From assembly GCA_965234725.1 (NCBI GenBank), contig CBDDUX010000018.1:1-41369 (forward strand): a stretch of DNA of 41,369 bases. Reading direction: 5' to 3'. Positions 1 to 10,138 of the stretch are shown piece after piece. The notes beneath the pieces were generated by a model. It made no database searches and was not told the DNA's origin. It saw only the letters and a list, made by a program, of their open reading frames with translations. Position numbers and translations under genes: made by a program. The DNA comes from Thermoplasmatota archaeon (GTDB lineage: Archaea > Thermoplasmatota > Penumbrarchaeia > Penumbrarchaeales > Penumbrarchaeaceae). Each line of letters begins with the position of its first letter. Position 1 is the first letter of the stretch.

Positions 1-19
1 CAAATACCAACGATGTATA

Positions 20-445
20 TCACTTTTTCATCACTAATTCTTTAGGGTGTGCCCTTATTTTATTATTATTGATTATTACCCTTTTTTTCACATCATCTCT
101 ATCATTGAAATGCCATACATCTCCGCTTTTTCGATCGAATGTAGAGTTGGGGAGGAATCTCAACGATATGTTGAAAATCTCACTCTCATTCAATAAATGT
201 GGGATTATCTCAATATATGGAACATTTAGAAGGTCTTTTGACTGGTTAATCTTCAGAAGGGTTGTCTCTCTGACATAGAGATTGAAGTTGTTACCTGATT
301 TATAAAGAATGTATTCGCTTAAATCATATTCATTCTGGTTTACCTTCTCATCCTCTTCAATACTAATCACTAATGCAACTAATAACAATACGGAAAAAAG
401 ACCCATTATTATTCGAATTATATAAGATCTCATGTTTCCTCTCAT
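20..445 (-). CDS. Hypothetical protein with N-terminal hydrophobic anchor or signal
   Basis: 141-aa ORF with hydrophobic stretch IIRIIMGLFSVLLLVALVISI. The true start may be the ATG at 433, which has GAGAGG upstream. AT-rich. Confidence 0.6.
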   Translation of the reverse strand: MRGNMRSYIIRIIMGLFSVLLLVALVISIEEDEKVNQNEYDLSEYILYKSGNNFNLYVRETTLLKINQSKDLLNVPYIEIIPHLLNESEIFNISLRFLPNSTFDRKSGDVWHFNDRDDVKKRVIINNNKIRAHPKELVMKK

Positions 446-459
446 TTATAGTCACGAAC

Positions 460-1009
460 CTAACTATCTGGACTAATGAATGATGGAATGAAATTCTTGA
501 TCCATGACTTCGCATAGCTCAGCTTTTCGGAGCACTCAAGAAATACTCTGGAAATGATCCGTCTCAGCTTCCCTGGATTCTTAATGAAATCCTTTGAAAT
601 TGCCCTTTTGATGTCCTTCCAAATGAATTCGATCGGATTCAGATCCGGAGAATAAGGTGGAAGGAAAACCAGGTAAATATTCAACCTTTCAGCAAGTGCC
701 ACTACTGTACGTGCATGATGGGATCTGAAGTTATCCAGGATGAGGAGGATCCTACCATTGGGGTTTGCTTTCCTTATCCTTTTTAAAAAACTTCGAACAC
801 TTTCTTGCTTGGAATGCTCCCTGAAACCGATGACTGGATTGCCATTTAATGGGTAGAATCCAAATGCATTCGCTCTCATTTTTGTTGTGTTCTTTTTCAT
901 CACTGGTTTTCCGAACGACCAAAATTTCTGTGTATTCGATGTAGTCTGTGGTGAGGACTCATCGAAGAATCCAATTATGTCATCATCTTCTATTTCAGGA
1001 AGGTTTTTT
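460..1009 (-). CDS. IS630 transposase OrfB (DDE domain), reached by frameshift from OrfA
   Basis: The frame is open upstream of the tracked start at 903 and reads LPEIEDDDIIGFFDESSPQT (first catalytic Asp). It then has LILDNFRSH and LPPYSPDLNPIEFIW. The junction is the A7 run at 1004-1010. Confidence 0.88.
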
Positions 1010-1495
1010 TAAAATATCTTTTGCATTTTTAGGCTTTCTATAATCATGCTGATATGGTTTTGCATAGTTCATGCCAAAACCTTTCAGTATGATTCTTACT
1101 TGTTTCATTGAGTAATCCACACCAAACTTTTTGGAAATTAGTTTCTGAACATCCTTTGTGGTCCAATTATCCTGTTTCTCGAGCAGGGATCGTAGATCTT
1201 CCTTTTGTTTTTCTGCAAGGTTTGATGGTCTGCCACCCGCGAATTGAGGTGTCAATCCATCATATCCTTGTTCGTTCCATCGTTCTTGCCAGAGATATCC
1301 AGTATTTTTACTGGCCCCCACTAGTTTTGCAGCTTCTTCAACACTTCTTCCATCGTATCTGTGTTTGATGAAGAAGAGTCTCTGAAGTACCATTGTGTCT
1401 TTTTCAAGTCGTTTTATCTGTTTGGTTAGATCTTGGACATTCATATGCTTGACAATTTGGATCTGCTCTGATTTCACCATGGATGATAATATCAT
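995..1495 (-). CDS. IS630 transposase OrfA (HTH / winged-HTH DNA-binding part)
   Basis: SVEEAAKLVGASKNTGYLWQERW HTH, GGRPS motif, and WTTKDVQKLISKKFGVDYS second HTH. The probable start is the ATG near 1480. Confidence 0.9.
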   Translation of the reverse strand: MILSSMVKSEQIQIVKHMNVQDLTKQIKRLEKDTMVLQRLFFIKHRYDGRSVEEAAKLVGASKNTGYLWQERWNEQGYDGLTPQFAGGRPSNLAEKQKEDLRSLLEKQDNWTTKDVQKLISKKFGVDYSMKQVRIILKGFGMNYAKPYQHDYRKPKNAKDILKKPS

Positions 1496-1694
1496 TAGTA
1501 AGTCTTAAAGGTTTGGTTCGCAACTATAATCTTACGACTATTCATGGAAACATATTCTCACCATTTAGATTTTCCCGTATTCTGCGTCAAAGAAAACCTT
1601 TTTGTGAAGTTGTTTATTTTTTAAAATGGTAAGTAAGATTGTCAAGAGCGAATAGGAGGTATATTAACCGGTATCATTGGTGTATTGAAGGGTA

Positions 1695-4600
1695 TCATTC
1701 CAATTCTTTCTGGACAACCACTCCGTTCCCGGTCTTACCATCGACCTTCACCAACAAAGGCCTCTCCGTTCTGATATGCCGGACCATGTCACCGTAAGGA
1801 GTATATTCCTGCTTCTGAAGCCACTCCCAATCAACCTTGTGATGTTTGGAAGAATATTGGATCGTGAAGTACGGGGTCCCCATGGATGTGAGATTATGGA
1901 AGAAGTGTGTTCCATGGGACGGATCCACACGGAAATCCTTCAGTTGGATCTCCACTATGGTCTTTGCAAAGGAGATATCATTCCATCTCACAGGGATTCC
2001 AAGGAACCTGTCACGGGTTCCCCACCTTCCAGGACCCATCAGGATATAGGGTCTTCCGTTCAATTCCTTATTGATCTTTCCGATCTCATTTACGATCTCC
2101 ACGGTCCTGGTATTGTTGAATGTTTCCGGGGGGATCAGAACTATATCGAAGATCCCCTCCACCAGACCGTTTCCCATGGCCCTATCTGATCTTATGATGG
2201 CTCCCGCATCCTCCTTTTCGGTTATCTCCACCTGGGCCCTTTCTTTCTGTGTGACAAGGGGTCTTATCTGTAATATATAGAATTCCGGTTTGTTTTCCTC
2301 ATCAATAATGCCTGCGAATTCTATCTCTACCGGCCTCCCCATACCCCTCCGTCCTATCTGCAAAATAGCCTTCAATATCAGATCAAGCGGTATGATCCTG
2401 TAATTGAGTATCCCTGAGAATGTTATCACCCGTGGTCCCTGTCGTCCAGTTCCATCCCTGATCCTGTTATCGTTCGCATCGAATGTTGAAGCCAGGTGAT
2501 CCAAGGTCCCATCCTTTTCAGCCTCATCCAAACTAAGCTTGACAAGTGTGGAGTCCTCTCCCTTTCTCAGGTCGAAGCATGCATCTGACATGTCAAGAGC
2601 ATAGAAATGCATCTGGGAATTTGACAGGATATCCTCCACACTTGAGAAACCCGGTATCACCTTTGGATATTCGGGCGAGAAGCTCATCACCTTTTCTCCC
2701 TCCACTACAATCCTGCCAAGACCCAAGGCAATGGAAGTGATCCCATCTTCTCTTTTCAGTGGTGAGACCGGGTAGAAATTGAAGGATTGAGCCACTCCTG
2801 AGAACATGGGATAGAACCTCTCCCCGTACTTCTTTCCAACCAGCTTCTGGATGACAATTGCCATCTTCTCTTCTTCTTGTACGTGGACCGTTGTTTGGAT
2901 ATAGGATCTGGCCTCCTTCATGAAAGTGGAGGAATATACGAGTTTGATGGCTTTGGCCAGTTCATCCAATCGCTGGTCGACCTCTCCGCAGTTGTTCGGA
3001 AGGATATAGGTAGAATAGATCCCTGCAAAGGGTTGGTTCTGGGAATCCTCTAGAAGAGATGATGATCTGACCGCTATAGGTTCATCAACATGTTCAAGGT
3101 AGGTCCTCAGTGAGGATAGTGTCCCTTCATCCAGACTGGCATTGAGGAAGATCTCTTTTATATCCTCATCGGAAAGACCCTCCATCACAAGTTCGTCAAG
3201 TGAATTGCTCTCCATGAACAAGCTGAAAACATCTGTTCCGATTATCAAACTGTCTGGTACTTTAATCGAACATTCCTTGATCAGCGTATCCAATTTCGAC
3301 TGGTGCAGCAGGGTGGATAGGAACGCTATTCCTCTACCCTTGCCACCAAGTGATCCCCCGCCTAGACGTGTAATGGTTCCCTGGAACTCGTAGGTCTGAT
3401 TCTCGAAGTCGATGATTATTCCCTGCTGTTTTCTTTTCTGAGAGTCTTTGATAGAGTCCACGAGAAACCTCTTCATAGCCTCTCCGGATTTAAAGTCCGA
3501 TACCTTCTTCTCTCTGAGACTTAAAGCAAGGTCTATCTCACCCCTGGCGAAGAACCAGTTGGAAAAGTCATTTGCCCTTCCATGGAAGTTCATGGAATCC
3601 GCAGGTACTCCCTCGATCAAAGCCAGGAACTCTCTGAGGTCATATGCTTGTCCGATCTCAACTCCCTCGGGCGTCCGGAAAATGAAAGAACCGAAACCCA
3701 GATTGTTCTGGAACCATTCACGGAGCTCAAGGAGAAGGGTCTCCGAGCCCTTGTCAATGAAGGGCACATTGAGTTTTTCCGCTGTTGCCTTATGTTCCAT
3801 CTGATTGGACTGGAGGACCTTTGGAATATCAGGATCCGTATGCTTGACAAGCCTGAAACCTGCCTTTTCATCTTTTTCCCCTTTTCTCGGATAGGCCACA
3901 TCGGATATTATTCCTAAGATCTTGTCCTTGTACTTCCGGTACTTCTCCATGGCCTCATCGTAGGTCTCGGCCAGTATTATCTTGGGTCTTGCCCTTTTTC
4001 TTAACATCTTCTCCTGCTCGTTCAATCCTTCCTGGATGAGGTTCTTGGTCTGTCTGACTATGACAGTGTAGATGAGAGGCAGGAATATGGAATAGAAACG
4101 TGGACTGTTCTCTACAACCAGGAGGACCCTTACAAGTCCTGTCGAGGTGTCCCTTTCGATGTTCTTCTGGTCCTCGATGTATTTTACAATTGCAAGGAAA
4201 AGCGCCGAGTCACCTGTCCAGAAGAAGATCTTGTCGATGCCAATGTATTCTCCTGGAACATGGAACTGGGGAATATCTCCCGCATCTGTCAGGAGCAATA
4301 CAACTGAGAGATCTTTCTGGACCTTCTTGGCTTTCTTTCCGAACTGGAACGGGTCCATATCAGGCAGCCTTGCCATCGTTATTATCAGATCATAAGGGGT
4401 CTTCTTGAGTTCCAGAAGTGCTTTCTTGGCAGTGGATACCCGGATCACCTGAGGGGGGAATGGTAGGGCTAGGTCCCGGTACTCACTGGAGATCTGTTCG
4501 AAGAGCAGGCCCTCTTCTTCAAGCGTGAAAGCATCGTAAAGAGAGGATACAAGAAGTATCTTTGATACCCTCCACTTCATCAGCTCGTAGAAATCGTGAA

Positions 4601-4724
4601 AGACCGGTCTGTAGTCTGCATCATAGTCGATATTGTGATCGTGGTCATCGTGTATGGACCTGCCCATGTGACTAAATCCCCCGTTCCGTATTTGTTCTTT
4701 TACACTAGAGGAATTGAAAGTCAC
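1695..4724 (-). CDS. Receiver-like domains fused to a PEP synthase/PPDK N-terminal ATP-grasp domain
   Basis: N-terminal REC-like folds (KILLVSS...YDLIITM; LLVVENS...GIISDV). ATP-grasp motifs GGKGRG, AVRSSSLLEDS, FAGIY, MAIVIQ, GLG...VEG, EIEFA, LQIRP. No PEP/pyruvate-binding barrel is seen. GAGGT lies upstream of the GTG start; an alternative ATG is at 4667. Confidence 0.85.
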   Translation of the reverse strand: MTFNSSSVKEQIRNGGFSHMGRSIHDDHDHNIDYDADYRPVFHDFYELMKWRVSKILLVSSLYDAFTLEEEGLLFEQISSEYRDLALPFPPQVIRVSTAKKALLELKKTPYDLIITMARLPDMDPFQFGKKAKKVQKDLSVVLLLTDAGDIPQFHVPGEYIGIDKIFFWTGDSALFLAIVKYIEDQKNIERDTSTGLVRVLLVVENSPRFYSIFLPLIYTVIVRQTKNLIQEGLNEQEKMLRKRARPKIILAETYDEAMEKYRKYKDKILGIISDVAYPRKGEKDEKAGFRLVKHTDPDIPKVLQSNQMEHKATAEKLNVPFIDKGSETLLLELREWFQNNLGFGSFIFRTPEGVEIGQAYDLREFLALIEGVPADSMNFHGRANDFSNWFFARGEIDLALSLREKKVSDFKSGEAMKRFLVDSIKDSQKRKQQGIIIDFENQTYEFQGTITRLGGGSLGGKGRGIAFLSTLLHQSKLDTLIKECSIKVPDSLIIGTDVFSLFMESNSLDELVMEGLSDEDIKEIFLNASLDEGTLSSLRTYLEHVDEPIAVRSSSLLEDSQNQPFAGIYSTYILPNNCGEVDQRLDELAKAIKLVYSSTFMKEARSYIQTTVHVQEEEKMAIVIQKLVGKKYGERFYPMFSGVAQSFNFYPVSPLKREDGITSIALGLGRIVVEGEKVMSFSPEYPKVIPGFSSVEDILSNSQMHFYALDMSDACFDLRKGEDSTLVKLSLDEAEKDGTLDHLASTFDANDNRIRDGTGRQGPRVITFSGILNYRIIPLDLILKAILQIGRRGMGRPVEIEFAGIIDEENKPEFYILQIRPLVTQKERAQVEITEKEDAGAIIRSDRAMGNGLVEGIFDIVLIPPETFNNTRTVEIVNEIGKINKELNGRPYILMGPGRWGTRDRFLGIPVRWNDISFAKTIVEIQLKDFRVDPSHGTHFFHNLTSMGTPYFTIQYSSKHHKVDWEWLQKQEYTPYGDMVRHIRTERPLLVKVDGKTGNGVVVQKELE

Positions 4725-4832
4725 TCCTTACCTCAGGGTCATTGGGATAAATCGAGGTATATTTGACAGGGAATCAGCACATATTACAACAAGTCTAAAG
4801 TACCAGAGGCCAGGATATTATATCCATCCGGG

Positions 4833-7800
4833 ATGATCGGAATGAAGAGGGCCTTCTATTCGATACTGGTAATTGGCATCCTGTTAGCTACTGGTTTCTT
4901 AAATTTTGGATCATCAAATAATCTTGATGATAAAAGCAATGATACTAGAATATCACCCGGAACGAGGTCTGGGAGATCCCCTTATGATTATGATAATATC
5001 TACATCAGTGGAGATGATGACCTTATCGAGTATGTTGAGGATAATGACTGTGAGGGGAATGGGACGGAGGAGGATCCTTTCGTTATCAGAGACTTAGTTA
5101 TTGATATTGATCGGAGTGGTCCCTCCAGTGCAATATATATTGTCTCAACAACTTACCATTTAGTATTTCAGAACATCTCCATTGAGAATTCCCGTTATGG
5201 TATACATATCGATGCTTCGGACAATATATTGATGATCAACCTGAATATTGACTCTTGTGAGAAAGGGATCTATATCCATACCTCGGGTCAGAATGTTGCA
5301 GTGGAATGTTCTAAGATCCAAAATTGTGATCATGGTATCGAACTATATGGTTCACCGGATGTGATCATTTCGCATTCGACATTGCATGATTGTGAGGTAG
5401 GAATATCAATTAATAGGGATTCATCCCGAACATTAGTCAAAGGTTGCTACATGTCCTGTAATAATATTGGAATGTATCTTGATGACGTTGATGATGTCCA
5501 TCTGGATAACTGCACCATCAGAAAATGTACATCAAACGGAATATATCTTTCAAGGTGCTTGAACTTCCGGGTTGAATGGTCGGAGATCTCGGAATGCGGT
5601 ATATATGGGATATTTTCATCCAATTCACATAACGTGACCATCATTCATTCCTCAATTTTAAACAATGTTGATACGGGAATCTATTCAAGGGATACAGACA
5701 GGTTCCTTGTTTTTGACTCTACCTTCCTGAGAACCGGTATTACGTTGGGCAATTATTATGACATCAGAACCAAGGATATCAGGATCAGGAACAATACGAT
5801 CAATGGCAAGGACCTGATCTTTAAGTTGAACGAGGACCTCTCCGCTTGGTCGATGCCAGAAAATACCGGTCAGCTTTTTCTCTATTACTGCAGCAATATC
5901 AAAATGATAGGCGGAACCTTCACCGATGTGAAGATTCCAATTTACCTCAATAATTGTATTAATGTGATGGTTAAAGGTGCTGTCATATCAAAGAATCAAG
6001 TATATGGTATCAATGTCCTGACTTCAAGCAATGTATCCCTTGCGAACTGCATAATCGATCAAAACAATGGATATGGAGCCAATTTTGAATCAACAGAGGA
6101 TATCTCAATCCAGAACTGTATTTTCTCGAATAATAATGGTGGATTGATCCTCAGGAATACAAGACTCTCATGTGCTGTCAACCATTCGACATTCATTGGT
6201 GCTAATGATCTGTTTGAATCGACTCATTCTGGTGATCTCTTCTTGACCAACTGCACCTTCGAATCAGATGGTATGGACGGTGCTTACATTTCCAGACCAT
6301 ATACCTTGACAGTAGAGAACAACACGTTCATTCACTCTGGTATGGAATTCACATATCCCCCATCAGGTAATTCGACATTCTCCAATAACACGGTAAACGG
6401 AAAGCCCCTTGTATATATCAGAGATAAAGACTTGTTTAACTCAACCTTGGAAGTGGATCCCGGTCAGGTGATCCTTCATAATGTGAAGAACCTTGATCTT
6501 ACATCTCTGGATATCCAAAAAGCAAATTACGGAATCCAGATATACTCCAGTGAACACATCAATGTATCAGATACCTTGATCACTGGTTGTTTGAAGGGCA
6601 TCTATATCTCCAGTTCCAAAGAAATCATCATTCAAGGATCCGAGATGTCAGATTGCTGCCAGGGATTGATTTTTGAATACAGTCAAGATGCGATAATCTC
6701 AAATTGTGTTTTCAAGAGAAATATTGGTCTGACAAAGACCACATCTTATGGTGGTTTCGTCAAATATATTGGGTCAGGAATATCTTGTTCCTCGTTAACG
6801 GATTCCACCATTGTCGATTGTTACCTGAAAAATAATCAAAATGGGATATCACAGATCTATTCCAATGTTTGTGATATCATTAATTGCACAATAATGAATG
6901 GGTCGACAGGAATAGAGCTTATGGACATGAACAAAGGTGGATATATAATAGAAAATAAGCTATTTAATTTGATAAATGTAGGAGTAATGGTTTGCGGTCC
7001 CGGGTATGACATATGGAGAAATGAACTGGTGAATTGCTCTTTCAAGGTTCTTTCCGGAGAAGAAGCATATGACCCGGGCCTATCCGAGAACAACACTGTC
7101 AATGGTCTGCCAATCTATTACCGATATAAGGAAGATATATCGGTCAACGGAATGGTTGGAAGAGGACAGTACATTGCAATGGACTGTAATTCCGTAAAAA
7201 TTGAAAATATCTCCATGGAAGGAGGAACGAATTCCATTTCTATCCTATTTTCCGATGTCGTGAATATCACAGGGTCATATTTCACAGAAGATGGTGAATC
7301 GATTTATTTAAAGTATATCAGAATGGTCAATATCTCCAAATGCACCTTCAAGGAATCCAGGATTGGGATCAATTTATCATCTGAACAAATATCAGATACA
7401 ATTTGGTCAATAACTGAAAACCTCTTCCTTCAATGTGATGACGGTTTGAGCACTGGCATTTTTAATATCTATCACACCGGGAGTATGAATATCTTCAAGA
7501 ATATTTTCTATCAATGTACAAGGGTTGCTAATCTCGTTCGGTTTTGGAGTGGTTATTTCTTTTTAAATGATGTAATAGGTACAACCGGTCCCATCTTCAA
7601 TTCTGACCATGGTCCATCATATATTTATTCCAACAATTTCTTCTACAACAATGGAACGAGAATGAGATGGGATGAAGGAAGATTCCAGGGACTTGAAACA
7701 AAAGGTGATTATTATCATCCCAATTTCTTCGATCCTACAAAAAACAATAATATGAGAGGAAATTTCTGGTCTGATTCGTGCTTCATTGATGTAGACCGGG

Positions 7801-9650
7801 ATGGGATCTTAGAGGATCCTGTTGTTGTGGACCTCCACGATGACGGGACTGAGATAATGGATAGCTATCCATTGGCTGAACCTGCTCCCTCATCGCATAT
7901 TGTCCTGCATGCAAATATCACGCATAGTATGATCTATCTCAGCTGGGACCTGCCAAAATACGATTTCTTGGGAGACATTGTTTCAGTAAGCATATTGAGG
8001 ATGGAAGAGGGGAAAGAACCAATTCCGGTGGATACCTTCGTCCCGGGTGTAACAAACCTTTCATTTCAGAACACAGGTGACGGCAGTATTTGGGTCTTCA
8101 TTGCAGTTCCGAATTTCCAGAAAGGACCCGGATTCTGGTCCAATCCGGTAACCATTGTGAATGATAACAGAACACCTGATATCAGAATCACCTATCCAAT
8201 CGAGTTTTCTCTGTTCAATAGGGTCTATCCTGAGATAGAATTCAGGTGGGAGCTTTTTGGATTGAACCCCTCTCTTGTGAATTTCATGGTCAGGCCCGAT
8301 GATGCAGGCTGGGAGAATGTTGGAAACATGACAATCTGGGGTGAGGGGGATTGGCCATGGTATGGATTTTACAGATGGGATTACGGGTGGCACAGATTCG
8401 AGGTAAGGGGGACGGATTATCTCGGCAGGACCTTCAATGATTCCGTCGAATTCCTGGTCGATTACAGAGGACCTAAGATAACTATCACATCACCCCGGAT
8501 ACATGAAGTGATACTGACAAGGAAAATGACAGTCAGCTGGACAGTGGAAGATGATCTCCTCGATGTCAAGAATGTATCGTTGAGGCTTGACGAGAGACCC
8601 TGGTTGAATGTGACCGGATCGAACTCGATCATCTTGGAGGACCTGGACGAAGGATCACATCAGATATACCTGAGATCATTTGATACGGCAGGGAATATCG
8701 GGGAGAACCACATCGATTTCACCGTGGAATATTACATCACTCCGATAAGTATAATCTCACCCCGGGAGGGAGATTTCTTCAATTCCAGGGAAATTGAGAT
8801 ACTATGGGAGACCGGAAATGCCGACTGGGTGCAAGAATCGTATATGTCCCTGGACGGTGGTCCTTTCTTTGTTATTACCAAGGACGGACAGAGATTCCAG
8901 GTGTTCGATTCGGAAGGGAATCATACGATAACCATCAAGGCAGCGAACACTGCGGGAGACGAATTCGTTGACACAGTTAACTTCACAATCGATACGATCG
9001 TACCCAGTGTGACGAACCACTATCCGATAGGTGATAATGTTCCGATCGACACTCCGATATATGTTGAATTCTCCGAGAAGATGAACAGGTCATCTGTGGA
9101 GATATTTGTGAATCTATGGTCCGGACCTCCTATCTGGGATGGTAACAGGGCCTATTTCAACCGGCCAAAGGAGTTCCAGTACGGGCAAGAAGTATGGGTG
9201 GAAGTGTTGGGAAAGGACCATGCCGGTAATTACCTTGAACCGTTTTCATATGTATTCACCATCACCGACAAAGGCGAGGTCCGGGGTAGGGTTGTTGACG
9301 AGTCATTCAATCCGGTAAAAGGAGCTTTGGTAGTATTTGAAAACGGCCAGGAGATCGAGACCGCAAGTGATGGCACTTTCTCCATCATGGTCTCCGATGG
9401 AGGTTATCGTATCATAGTTGAGAAGGAGGGTTTTGCCCTGACCAAAGGTTATGCAGAATCAAGGGCCGGAAAAACAACGAATATCGGTGATCTGATCCTC
9501 AGACCGGAAGAGACACCTGAAGAAGGATCCAAGGATGAAGGGACCATGTTGATCTCGATCGTCATATCCATACTCCTGGTCCTGATTATGATCATTCTTG
9601 TCTTCGTTCTTGTTCGTAAATACAGGTCTATGCAATATTTCGAAGAATGA
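4833..9650 (+). CDS. Cell-surface right-handed beta-helix (NosD/PbH1-repeat) protein with Ig-like domains, a carboxypeptidase-regulatory-like domain and a C-terminal TM anchor
   Basis: Signal peptide; GNGTEEDPFVI motif; many G-I-x-hydrophobic coils; three NNT(I/V)NG repeats; DxAGN/DTIVP Ig modules; GRVVDESFNPVKGALV; TM helix followed by RKYR. Confidence 0.88.
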   Translation: MIGMKRAFYSILVIGILLATGFLNFGSSNNLDDKSNDTRISPGTRSGRSPYDYDNIYISGDDDLIEYVEDNDCEGNGTEEDPFVIRDLVIDIDRSGPSSAIYIVSTTYHLVFQNISIENSRYGIHIDASDNILMINLNIDSCEKGIYIHTSGQNVAVECSKIQNCDHGIELYGSPDVIISHSTLHDCEVGISINRDSSRTLVKGCYMSCNNIGMYLDDVDDVHLDNCTIRKCTSNGIYLSRCLNFRVEWSEISECGIYGIFSSNSHNVTIIHSSILNNVDTGIYSRDTDRFLVFDSTFLRTGITLGNYYDIRTKDIRIRNNTINGKDLIFKLNEDLSAWSMPENTGQLFLYYCSNIKMIGGTFTDVKIPIYLNNCINVMVKGAVISKNQVYGINVLTSSNVSLANCIIDQNNGYGANFESTEDISIQNCIFSNNNGGLILRNTRLSCAVNHSTFIGANDLFESTHSGDLFLTNCTFESDGMDGAYISRPYTLTVENNTFIHSGMEFTYPPSGNSTFSNNTVNGKPLVYIRDKDLFNSTLEVDPGQVILHNVKNLDLTSLDIQKANYGIQIYSSEHINVSDTLITGCLKGIYISSSKEIIIQGSEMSDCCQGLIFEYSQDAIISNCVFKRNIGLTKTTSYGGFVKYIGSGISCSSLTDSTIVDCYLKNNQNGISQIYSNVCDIINCTIMNGSTGIELMDMNKGGYIIENKLFNLINVGVMVCGPGYDIWRNELVNCSFKVLSGEEAYDPGLSENNTVNGLPIYYRYKEDISVNGMVGRGQYIAMDCNSVKIENISMEGGTNSISILFSDVVNITGSYFTEDGESIYLKYIRMVNISKCTFKESRIGINLSSEQISDTIWSITENLFLQCDDGLSTGIFNIYHTGSMNIFKNIFYQCTRVANLVRFWSGYFFLNDVIGTTGPIFNSDHGPSYIYSNNFFYNNGTRMRWDEGRFQGLETKGDYYHPNFFDPTKNNNMRGNFWSDSCFIDVDRDGILEDPVVVDLHDDGTEIMDSYPLAEPAPSSHIVLHANITHSMIYLSWDLPKYDFLGDIVSVSILRMEEGKEPIPVDTFVPGVTNLSFQNTGDGSIWVFIAVPNFQKGPGFWSNPVTIVNDNRTPDIRITYPIEFSLFNRVYPEIEFRWELFGLNPSLVNFMVRPDDAGWENVGNMTIWGEGDWPWYGFYRWDYGWHRFEVRGTDYLGRTFNDSVEFLVDYRGPKITITSPRIHEVILTRKMTVSWTVEDDLLDVKNVSLRLDERPWLNVTGSNSIILEDLDEGSHQIYLRSFDTAGNIGENHIDFTVEYYITPISIISPREGDFFNSREIEILWETGNADWVQESYMSLDGGPFFVITKDGQRFQVFDSEGNHTITIKAANTAGDEFVDTVNFTIDTIVPSVTNHYPIGDNVPIDTPIYVEFSEKMNRSSVEIFVNLWSGPPIWDGNRAYFNRPKEFQYGQEVWVEVLGKDHAGNYLEPFSYVFTITDKGEVRGRVVDESFNPVKGALVVFENGQEIETASDGTFSIMVSDGGYRIIVEKEGFALTKGYAESRAGKTTNIGDLILRPEETPEEGSKDEGTMLISIVISILLVLIMIILVFVLVRKYRSMQYFEE

Positions 9651-9876
9651 AATTGTTACATACTTTTCACTTATCTATAAACGATCATCCGGGGATCTGT
9701 CTGTGAGCATGGAAAGATTCATATTCTCTCAGTCATATATACAATACTAGGACGGGAGCTTTTTCAAATCTCCAGAATTGAAGGCATCCCACCCGCCCTG
9801 AAACCCCGGAACGTTGATTCAACTTCGACATGAAGTGAACTCACCGTTCAAATCCCGAACAGAAAGGAGAAAACAC

Positions 9877-10122
9877 ATGAGACCCCAGACCCCAGAAAAC
9901 ATTAACCGTTACATGGACCTTCTGCGGGTTAGAGGACAGCTGGAATCCTTGATAGACAGTGAATATGAGATAATGGGAACATTGAACGTGTTCCCCTCAA
10001 AGAACTATGAGTTCCACTCTAAAGAGGAACTTGATGACATCATCGGAAGCATAAACCTGTACTCATCACCCTATGCCTCCATGAAAGGGTCCTGTTCCCT
10101 GAACCCAAGAAAGGACCACTGA
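9877..10122 (+). CDS. Small hypothetical protein (81 aa, MRPQTPENINRY...)
   Basis: AAGGAG Shine-Dalgarno upstream of the ATG at 9877, and terminator-like hairpins follow. No recognisable family. Confidence 0.55.
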   Translation: MRPQTPENINRYMDLLRVRGQLESLIDSEYEIMGTLNVFPSKNYEFHSKEELDDIIGSINLYSSPYASMKGSCSLNPRKDH

Positions 10123-10138
10123 AACGGGATTTTCCAAT

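Larger units (their letters stand above)
449..1526 (-). mobile_element. IS630-family insertion sequence (about 1078 bp)
   Basis: Terminal inverted repeats: TAGTCACGAACCTAAC (449-464) and the reverse complement of 1511-1526, TAGTTGCGAACCAAAC (13/16 identical). TA flanks both ends (447-448, 1527-1528). Encodes an HTH ORF and a DDE ORF. Confidence 0.93.

Noticed and set aside
9846-9856. GTTCAAATCCC, resembling a tRNA T-loop
   Set aside because: No 5-bp T-stem and no cloverleaf can be built around it.
10095-10120. Resemblance to 17404-17429 (GTTCCC..GAAC..AAGGACC) as direct repeats flanking the ABC operon
   Set aside because: Short and gapped; compatible with chance.
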